Source of the DNA: a virus
Strand: one strand, 5' to 3'
IMG/VR virus record: IMGVR_UViG_3300036939_000023
Location: 1 to 64,000 of that record
Length of the DNA stretch: 64,000 bases
Numbering within the stretch: the first letter of the stretch is position 1; every line of letters starts with the position of its first letter. Below are positions 17,595-25,400 of this stretch, piece by piece. The notes below the pieces were generated by a model. The model did no database searches, was not told the DNA's origin, and worked only from the letters and a program-made list of their open reading frames with translations. The translations under genes and the position numbers were made by a program.

Positions 17595-18561
17595 TAAACT
17601 AAATAACTTTGCTAAGAAAAAGAAAGATAAATCTAACAAAGTAAAAGGAACTGCTCAATTAGTAGCTGGAGGATTAGTAGGACAGCAAGCCGTTAGAAGT
17701 GGTGTACCAAGAGCATTAGGAGTTAGATTAGAAAGTCATAGTACTAGTAGAAAGAATGCTAGAGAAATATTAAAAAATGGAGGAATATTAGATCCTAATA
17801 AAAGTGGTACTGGAGCAATTAGAGCATTAGAAAACAATCAAGGACTTGGAGATGTTACAGATATTAATAAAGCTAAAGGTAAAGTTTATATTACAGGATT
17901 ACATAAAGATGCTAAAGATAGAGTAATAAAGTCATCCAATATATTTACTCCAAGTACTACGTTAAAAGCGGATGAAGGTAATGCCTTGTTAAATGTAATA
18001 GCTAGAAAAAATCAAAGAAATGCTTACCGTGCTTCTAGTGGTATTAATTGGGATAAAGTAAATTCTGCTGGAGAAAAAGCTTATAACGAAATTATGGATA
18101 AAAATACCAAAGCTAAGTTAGGTAAAAAATTTGTAAAGGAAAGAGCAGAATCAGCAAGATTATTAGCTGGAGGACAAGAACGTATAAAACAAACACTTAA
18201 AAATACTGTCTTACCTACTGGTAAAAGCTTATATGTAGGAGGTAGTGATGAATATTTTAATAAAAACTTCTTACCTGATTTTGATGATCCTAAAGCTATG
18301 TATTCTACTAATAAAGTCAAAGTTAGTGGCAATAGATTATCTGCAACATTAGAAGCTTTAAAACGAGAAGGTAATGGTAATAGATTAAAAGGAGCTAGTA
18401 AGTTAATAAAAGCTAATAAAGGAAGAGTAGGAGCAGGATTAGCAATAGCTGGATTAGGTGGATTAGCAGCTAGTAAATTAGTAACTTCTGGTATTAATAA
18501 TATTAGAGGTAAAAGAGATGAAAGAGATGATAAAGGTAAGAAAAGAGGTAAATATAAATAA
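17572..18561 (+). CDS. MYLL-leader protein with central enzyme-like domain (possible ADP-ribosyltransferase fold)
   Basis: MYLLVVSNKLNNFAKKKKDKSNKVKG leader. LESHSTSRKNAREILKNGGI, KGKVYITG and GGSDEYF loosely match H-Y-E ART blocks. C-terminus has GAGLAIAGLGGLAAS and DDKGKKRGKYK. Confidence 0.55.
   Translation: MYLLVVSNKLNNFAKKKKDKSNKVKGTAQLVAGGLVGQQAVRSGVPRALGVRLESHSTSRKNAREILKNGGILDPNKSGTGAIRALENNQGLGDVTDINKAKGKVYITGLHKDAKDRVIKSSNIFTPSTTLKADEGNALLNVIARKNQRNAYRASSGINWDKVNSAGEKAYNEIMDKNTKAKLGKKFVKERAESARLLAGGQERIKQTLKNTVLPTGKSLYVGGSDEYFNKNFLPDFDDPKAMYSTNKVKVSGNRLSATLEALKREGNGNRLKGASKLIKANKGRVGAGLAIAGLGGLAASKLVTSGINNIRGKRDERDDKGKKRGKYK
18529..18549 (+). repeat. exact DNA repeat GATAAAGGTAAGAAAAGAGGT
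   Basis: Identical to 9910-9930. Confidence 0.8.
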
Positions 18562-18674
18562 TGTACTTACTATATTTAGATAATATAAAACATACTAATA
18601 TAGTATTAGTAAAATTTAATAATAATAATAATATAAACAATGAAATTAACAACTGGCAAAAAGAAACAAGGTAA
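18561..18674 (+). CDS. orphan MYLL-leader mini-ORF (37 aa)
   Basis: ATG overlaps the upstream TAA (TAATG). MYLLYLDNIKHTNIVLVKFNNNNNINNEINNWQKETR. Overlaps the 18640 gene, which is in the +1 frame. Confidence 0.35.
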   Translation: MYLLYLDNIKHTNIVLVKFNNNNNINNEINNWQKETR

Positions 18675-19062
18675 TGCAGTTAGTAAAGGTGCAAAGATTG
18701 GTAGTGCGATTGGGGCTTTAAGTGGCTTGGCTGCAAAAACTCCAGTCGGTGGTAGATTAGGAGGAACAATGGCTAGTGCAGTAGGAGGAGCAGTATTAGG
18801 TGCAGGAATTGGTGCTGGAGTTAAAGGTGTTAAAGCAGCTAAAAATAAATTAACTAATAAAAAAGCTAAATTTAATAATACAGACTTAACTGAATTTACC
18901 GATTCAATTATTGTTGCTGGGTTTCCTACTATTACAGTTAAAGAAGAAGCTAACAAATCAGTATTAGAACTAGCTAATGAGAAACTAAAAAATAAAGATA
19001 AGCTTCCTGACGATTGTAGCCCTGTCTCAGCTAATATTTACAACACCTACTATTCCATCTAA
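18640..19062 (+). CDS. polybasic glycine-zipper protein (leader variant MKLTTGKKKQGN)
   Basis: GSAIGALSGLAA..GGRLGGTMASAVGGAVLGAGIGAGVKG. Confidence 0.6.
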   Translation: MKLTTGKKKQGNAVSKGAKIGSAIGALSGLAAKTPVGGRLGGTMASAVGGAVLGAGIGAGVKGVKAAKNKLTNKKAKFNNTDLTEFTDSIIVAGFPTITVKEEANKSVLELANEKLKNKDKLPDDCSPVSANIYNTYYSI

Positions 19063-19072
19063 AACTTATTAC

Positions 19073-19099
19073 AAGCTGTTACAGAGCCATATAGCTGCC
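19073..19099 (+). promoter_or_regulatory. conserved 5' leader motif copy C (AAGCTGTTACAGAGCCATATAGCTGCC)
   Basis: TTACAGAGCCATA at 19079-19091 is identical to the reverse complement of 62607-62619. Both lie directly upstream of an ATG. Confidence 0.4.
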
Positions 19100-19540
19100 A
19101 TGTACGTTGAATCTAGTGGATTAGATGAGATTACTGAAAAACTTGAGAATTTAAGTAAAAACAAAGTACAAGAGGTAAAAGATGATATTGTACAAATTAT
19201 TATGCAAGCTGAAGAAATTAGATTCAGAAATGCACCAGGAGTAAGTATTACTGGAATGACTGAAGATGGAGTTACTTGGAATGCACTTAGTGATAATTAT
19301 TTAAAAAGTAGACCAGATAGACTTGGAGGGCAACAGTTAATTGATAGTAAAGAATTAATGTATTCAGTAAGTACACCTGGATATAATAATCAACAAATAG
19401 ATATTAGTGGTAATCAAATAACTTTTAGAATTACATTAGATTATGCAGAAAAAGCAAATAAAGAAAGAAAATTCTTATATCTAAGTAGTAATACAATTAG
19501 ACAAATAGTTGATTATATTATACAAACTTATCAAGTATGA
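19100..19540 (+). CDS. virion morphogenesis / tail-completion-like protein
   Basis: FRNAPGV..DGVTWNALSDNYLKSRPDRLGGQQLIDSKELMYSV resembles the Mu G / tail-S family pattern; position also fits. Confidence 0.35.
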   Translation: MYVESSGLDEITEKLENLSKNKVQEVKDDIVQIIMQAEEIRFRNAPGVSITGMTEDGVTWNALSDNYLKSRPDRLGGQQLIDSKELMYSVSTPGYNNQQIDISGNQITFRITLDYAEKANKERKFLYLSSNTIRQIVDYIIQTYQV

Positions 19541-19998
19541 ATTGTAAAAAAGATATATTTAGAGATGAATCCTTAGAGTGTTTAGGTAATTATTTGTTTA
19601 ATGGTTTAAATAATAAGTTACCACAAGAGTATAAAGAGCAAGGATATAAAATTGTAAATACATTATATTATTTTGACGTGCCCACTTTAGACATAAGTCA
19701 ATATCCAATCCTAAAAATCTATAGATTAAATAGAAGTAGTAAGAGATACAATCCTAATTACACTAGTTTAGTAAGAATTAGTTATGGACTAGCTTATCCA
19801 GATTTTACTAAATTAGGTTTATTAAATACTGTAGCTGAATGGTTAGATGAACTACTGTTAGAATACTCGACAACTAAGGTACCTATGTTTAGGAAGTTAG
19901 AATATATTGAAGATAGGATTGAGTTTAGTACAATGATTAGTTCATTAAATCAACAAGTATTTAACTTCTTGAGTATGTTAATTTCAGTACAAGAATAA
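19537..19998 (+). CDS. neck/tail-terminator candidate (by position)
   Basis: Track ORF, ATGA overlap, immediately upstream of the major tail gene. Confidence 0.3.
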   Translation: MNCKKDIFRDESLECLGNYLFNGLNNKLPQEYKEQGYKIVNTLYYFDVPTLDISQYPILKIYRLNRSSKRYNPNYTSLVRISYGLAYPDFTKLGLLNTVAEWLDELLLEYSTTKVPMFRKLEYIEDRIEFSTMISSLNQQVFNFLSMLISVQE

Positions 19999-20071
19999 CT
20001 ATACTACAATTAATAAAATAAACTATTACATATAATTAAATCAGAATAACACAAGGAAAATACAATTATTT

Positions 20072-20908
20072 ATGGCAAGTATTTTAGTAGCTAACAAATC
20101 ATATAAAGGCTTGAGCAATATTGCTATTAGACGTAAAGCATTATTACCTGAAAATGATGTAATTTTTAATCTTGCGAAACCAATGGGAGCTGTACTATCT
20201 CCTAACATTGAAGTTCGTAATACCTCAAGTAGAGATGCAAGAGGTAATATGTCACGATTAAACACTTATTCAACTTCTGAGAATGCTACATTTCAGCTAA
20301 CTTATGGTGTGTCTCAGATGGAGTTATTTGCCCTTCAAACAGGCTATATGACTACTTCAGGTACATTTACCATGCAGCTAGTTAGAAACGTTACAGTGCC
20401 TCAGCTAGGTGTCATTCCTCCAGTTTTAACAGGGTTCGTAGGTAAGGGAGTAGTAGCTGATGTTGGTTTAACTGTTCCTGCTGGTACTAGACGTGTAACA
20501 ATGGCTAGTTATACTAACAATTTGGGTGTAAGTGTTGACTTAGAACAAGTAGCACATACAACTACAGCTTATGCAACCGCCGATCAATTTGGAGTAGGAA
20601 CTGATGGAGCTTTAACATTTAGTACTAACTTGATTGGTCAAACAGTAACAGTTATGTATCCTTATACTGTTCCTGCTAAAACATTAGGTTCTGAATTAGT
20701 TGGTGAAGTTGAAATTAACTTTACTGTTACTAGTTCTGATGAATCTATGACCGTAGTTAATATTCCTTCAGCCATTATCAACCCAAGTGGTGCGACTATG
20801 GATGCAAGTGCTGAAAATACCACTATTACCTTTGACTTGTTAGTAGGTAATGAATGTAGAGCTTATAGAATGTTCGACTTAGGTACATTGATTGGTGCTT
20901 CATGTTAA
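20072..20908 (+). CDS. major tail protein candidate
   Basis: Upstream of the frameshifting chaperone and the tape measure. AAGGAAAA upstream; distinct C-richer codon usage; followed by a stem-loop. Confidence 0.6.
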   Translation: MASILVANKSYKGLSNIAIRRKALLPENDVIFNLAKPMGAVLSPNIEVRNTSSRDARGNMSRLNTYSTSENATFQLTYGVSQMELFALQTGYMTTSGTFTMQLVRNVTVPQLGVIPPVLTGFVGKGVVADVGLTVPAGTRRVTMASYTNNLGVSVDLEQVAHTTTAYATADQFGVGTDGALTFSTNLIGQTVTVMYPYTVPAKTLGSELVGEVEINFTVTSSDESMTVVNIPSAIINPSGATMDASAENTTITFDLLVGNECRAYRMFDLGTLIGASC

Positions 20909-20924
20909 CTCTAAACGGTACTTT

Positions 20925-20945
20925 TTGTTAAGCTTAGCTTAACAA
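20925..20945 (+). other. 9-bp perfect stem-loop after the major tail gene
   Basis: TTGTTAAGC-TTA-GCTTAACAA. No downstream T-tract; a T5 run precedes it. Confidence 0.5.
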
Positions 20946-20946
20946 G

Positions 20947-21207
20947 ATGAACTTAAAAGAAACTGCTGGTATTTATCAAATATTAAATAAACACAATTTA
21001 AAGTGTTATGTAGGTTCAACTAGAAGAAGATTTTCTCAAAGATTTTATGATCATAAAAGAGATTTAAAGAACAATAAACATCACAGCAAACATTTACAAG
21101 CAGCTTGGAATAAATATGGTGAAGAAGTATTTGAATTTACTGTACTTGAAATAATAGATAAAAGCTTAGATAAGATCTATTTTTTACAAAGAGAACAATA
21201 TATTTAG
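20947..21207 (+). CDS. GIY-YIG nuclease domain only (truncated homing-endonuclease-like gene)
   Basis: GIYQILNKHNLKCYVGST..RF..H...L......H.LQAAWNKYGEEVFEFTVLE...REQYI, then stop. No DNA-binding C-terminal domain. Confidence 0.65.
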   Translation: MNLKETAGIYQILNKHNLKCYVGSTRRRFSQRFYDHKRDLKNNKHHSKHLQAAWNKYGEEVFEFTVLEIIDKSLDKIYFLQREQYI

Positions 21208-21257
21208 TAGTTAAGTTATAATTTACTAAATATATTTATTGCTTATAACTAAATTAA

Positions 21258-21704
21258 ATGTCAGTAGAATTAGTAGAAAACAATACTAGGATTAGAGTTA
21301 CTTATTTAGATAAAAGAGTAGTATTTATTAAACCTGTTGCATGGAATAAATTAGATGATATTTCTTTATACTTAAAAGAATTATTATCTGAATTTTTTAA
21401 TTGTAGTGGATTTGCTAGTAAACTACTTAGTAAAGAAAGTAAAGCATTAGCTATTATAAATCAAGTAATAGATTTACTACCAATAGTGGGAGATATTAAA
21501 TTAGATTTAGAACAAGTTGAAGATATTGAAGATATTATTAAAATCTTCTTTGTTGGTAAATATAAATTAAATAGTAAAGAAAATACTATTGATTTAACAG
21601 ATATTGATGAAAAAGGTAACGAGTATTACCCACCTAGTTATTTAAGTACTATTAACAGTATTCATTTTTTTTCAATGCTTCAGCAAGCGTATCAGGACAA
21701 GTAG
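21258..21704 (+). CDS. tail assembly chaperone (G-like, zero-frame product)
   Basis: Lies between the major tail and tape-measure genes. Contains the slippery T8 run near its 3' end. Confidence 0.65.
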   Translation: MSVELVENNTRIRVTYLDKRVVFIKPVAWNKLDDISLYLKELLSEFFNCSGFASKLLSKESKALAIINQVIDLLPIVGDIKLDLEQVEDIEDIIKIFFVGKYKLNSKENTIDLTDIDEKGNEYYPPSYLSTINSIHFFSMLQQAYQDK

Positions 21705-21994
21705 AAAATCCAGATTTAGAATATATTGAATACACTGGTAATGCAACAGCAGATTTAATTAGCTTTATCATTGAAGCTAATCCTAAAAATATTGCATGGT
21801 TATATGAAACTTTTGATAAACAAACAGTATTAGATATCTGTAAGATGCAAGCACAATTACGCATGACTGAAGAAGAAAAAGAAGCTGCTAAACGTAGGAT
21901 TTGGGATAACAAAGTAGATAAAAAATTAGAAGCTGTATTTGGTACTTCTGATTTTGTTGATTATAATAAGTTATTAGCAAATATACCTAACTAG
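21258..21994 (+). CDS. tail assembly chaperone -1 frameshift fusion (GT-like product)
   Basis: The -1 frame is open from 21656 to TAG 21992-21994 (107 codons after the slip site, no in-frame ATG near its start) and reads as plausible protein: FNASASVSGQVENPDLEYIEYTGNATADLISF... Confidence 0.6.
21665..21671 (+). promoter_or_regulatory. -1 programmed frameshift slippery heptamer T_TTT_TTT
   Basis: X_XXY_YYZ pattern in the zero frame (CAT TTT TTT TCA), 31 nt before the zero-frame stop. Confidence 0.6.
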
Positions 21995-22022
21995 TATAAT
22001 TATTTTTAAACTATAGATATTT

Positions 22023-22436
22023 ATGACGACTAAATCTACAACTAAAACTAATAGAACAGATCTTTATAACACAGTAGAAACTATTACATTACCTACTACT
22101 AAACTACAAGTTAAATACATTAATCCTAGTGTTTTACAAGCTAGTACTTTTCATGCATTTGTGCTAGAAACTATTAGTAAACTACATTTTACACCTAAGG
22201 AAATTAACTCATTAACATATTTACAATTAAAAGAAAAAACAGAGTATGAACTTAACAAGTTAAAAGATGATGTAGATAAATTAACTGATTTAGTAGGACA
22301 AATGTTAATTGTAGATCCTACTCATTTACTTACATTAATTAGTGATTGTTTTCCTGAAATAGATAATCCTAGATTAATAAGATCAGATGTACTAAACGAT
22401 ATTATCAAAATACTATTTTCAGCTAAATATAATTAA
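22023..22436 (+). CDS. hypothetical tail-module protein
   Basis: Track ORF, directly upstream of the tape measure. Confidence 0.55.
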   Translation: MTTKSTTKTNRTDLYNTVETITLPTTKLQVKYINPSVLQASTFHAFVLETISKLHFTPKEINSLTYLQLKEKTEYELNKLKDDVDKLTDLVGQMLIVDPTHLLTLISDCFPEIDNPRLIRSDVLNDIIKILFSAKYN

Positions 22437-22438
22437 CA

Positions 22439-25400
22439 ATGAGTTATTCAGCAGCATCAGAAGCAAAAATTAATCTAAGATTTGAAAGTGATACTGATGG
22501 TATTGAAAGAACTAAAAAGAGTTGGCAAGGATTAACAACTGCATTAAAAGATACTACTAATTTAGATAGTGCTAAATCTGCTATTGATAATACTATTTAT
22601 TCAGTAGAAAACTTAGGTAATAGTTTTGTTAATACTGCTGCTACTTTAGGTAATACTCCATTAAGTATTGAAAATAGATTAACTGGTATTACTACTGGTT
22701 TTGAAAAGCTAGAAGATGTTGCTGGTAATAGAATTGCTAAGAAAGTATTCCCAGATTTAATAGAACAACTAAGTGGATTTACTGCTAAAGGTGATCCCCT
22801 TTATAAATTAGTTGGTGACTTAAATGAAGAAACTACTAACTTCGATAAATCCTTAGTACTTGTTAGTAAAAGTAGTAAAGGATTGTTAGTTGGTATTGAT
22901 AAGTTACAAGCTGGTGTGGGGTCACTAGAAAAAAGTTTTAATGCATTAGGAATACAAAGTGAATTTGTTAGTGCTGGATTTAGTAAAGTTAAATTAGCAT
23001 TAGGAGTTAGTGAGAATTTAGTACAATTAGCAGATATTAGTTATAAAACTAGAGAAGCATTTGAAGATTTTCAAGCAACTTTTAGTGAATTTGCAACAGC
23101 TATAGCTCCAGTAGGTAGTGCATTAGCAGTAGTAGCTAAAGAAACAGTAAACTTAGATGCTCCATTACAAGATCTAACTACAATATTTGGTACTACTGAA
23201 GCTGCTGCTAAATTGTTTGGTAATACTACATTAGCTGCTTTTGCTAAATTAGGTTTTCAAGCTACTGTAATAACTAATATTGCTATTGGTTTAGGTAAAG
23301 TTGGAGATGCAGTAGACCAGTTGATGAAGCAATGGAATGAGCTTTATCGTGGTTTTGAAACTATGCAAACACTTGGAGTAGATACTACATTTGCTGAATT
23401 AGCTACTTCATTAGGTGCTACTGGTGAAAAGATATTATTTAATGTACAAGCTACTAAACAGTTAATTAGTACTGCTACTCAAGCTTACACACAATTAGAA
23501 GAAAGTGTAGCTTATGTAAGAACACTAAGTTCTGGAGCAGAATATTCAGTACCGGAACTAACGGCAAGTTTACAAGATCTAGCAAATAATGGTGTAGGTA
23601 ATGCTATTAAAAGTGGTGAATTAGCTATTAGTGTTTATAACAACTTATCTGCTGGTATTGGTGCTGCTGCTGGTAAAATTGGTGAAGCATTAGAAGTAAG
23701 TGCTACTGCTGCTAAATATTCTAGTGCTACTAGTGGTAACTTAGATGATATTCAAAAAGCACTTAACTTTACATCTCAAGCTTATGGAAGAAGTGCTGCT
23801 GAAAGTGCTAAGACAATGGAATTATTGGATAAAATTGTACAACAAGGTGTTACTAACTCACAAGAATTAGGTGCAAATATTGGTGGTTTAGCTGCTACTG
23901 CTGCTAGTACAGGTAATAGTATTGAAAGTACATTTGCTGCTACTGCATTAGCTACACGAACATTAGGTGCTGATGCTTATACTGCTATTCAAAGATTATA
24001 TACAAGTTTAAGTAGTATGGCTCCTCAAAGTAAAAAAGCATTAGATGAGTTAGGTTTTACTATTAATGCTGAAGTTTTAAAAACTAAAGATATGACTACC
24101 TTGATGCAGGAACTATACAATGCTGCTGGGGGTAATGTTGAAAAGTTACAAGAAATTATACCTGAGAGCTTAGCATTTAGAGGTGCTTTAAGCTTGATGA
24201 CAACTAGTGTTAGTGATGCTCAAACAGTTATCAGTGACTTTGGTAATGTTACTGGTAATGCTGTTGATGAAATGTTTGATCGTAGTCAACAAACTATTGC
24301 TAAACGTTCACAAGCATTAGCTAATGGATTTCAAGAAGTATTTGCAAATGCAGGACAAAAGATAGTTAATAGTGGTTTCTTTGATGCTGGACTTAGTGCC
24401 GTTGAAGGATTGTTAGATAGATTCAAAAACCTTCCAGAACCCATTCAGAATGCCATTGGAGCTATCATGATGTTTAATATGGGGTTAGAGAAGGCAATGG
24501 GAGTTATAGGTGCTTTAGTAGGCATTCTAGGCTCACTTGCTGCTGTTAGTGGTACCATCATTGGTTTCTATCGTGGTGGAGCATTTTTAAGTGGTTTAAC
24601 TAAAGGTTTTCAAAGTGCTGGAGAAGGAGCTAATTTACTTACTAAAGGTTTAAGTGCAATACAAGGTGGACTTAAAGAAGCTATTGGTTTAAGTGTTAAA
24701 TTAACAGACAAAGGATTTAGACCTGTATTAGATGCAAATAATGAATTTGTTAAAAGTACTGAAGGGGTTAGAAATAGTATTAGTAATAGCTTTAATAATG
24801 TTAAAGAAAAAGTAGATAAAGTTACTGCTAGTTTTGGTAAATCATTTGATACTTTGAAAGATGGTAGTAAAACTGTTACTAAAGCAGTAGGTGAAACATT
24901 AAGTACTACAGGTAAAGTATTTGCAGATGTTAGTAAAAACTTAAGTGGAGTTTATGAAGGATTAAATACTACTACACTTACTAATTTTGCTAATGTAGTT
25001 AAAAGTTCAGTAGCAACTGTTACTGGTAGTGTTGAAAGTATTAGTAAAGGTAGTAATATTGCTATTAGTAAAGCTTTTGAAAATGCTAGATATCAAGCAA
25101 CATTGGGTACTAAGTACTACTCAGATTTAAATCCAGAAGTAGCTAAATATATTGGATTAAATTTAAAACAGTTACCAGTTATTCAAAATGTTACTAACGC
25201 ATTTGATAAGTTTAAAAATAGCATAAGTAGTACTATTACAACTACTAAGAATTTCTTTGGTAATTTTAAATCCTTAGATATGTTAAAAGATAGTGTACTA
25301 GATACTACTGAAAATCTAACAAAAAACTTTAAAGGTATCGGTAACAAATTAAAAGATGTATTAACTACTGATCTTAAGAGTATTAACTTTAAAGAACTAT

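Noticed and set aside
7329-18549. KGKKRK-type motifs read as eukaryotic nuclear-localisation signals
   Set aside because: The element is otherwise a typical tailed phage. Polybasic tracts are more simply explained as DNA-, scaffold- or membrane-interacting segments.
18606-18956. Minus-strand 116-aa Pro/Ala/Leu-rich ORF
   Set aside because: Antisense shadow of the Gly/Ala-rich 18640 gene (GGN/GCN codons read backwards). The same applies to 7766-8026, 2461-2649 and 4373-4693.
21652-21912. Minus-strand 86-aa ORF after the chaperone gene
   Set aside because: The same DNA is better explained by the + strand -1 frame extension of the chaperone, which is open for 107 codons and reads as normal protein.
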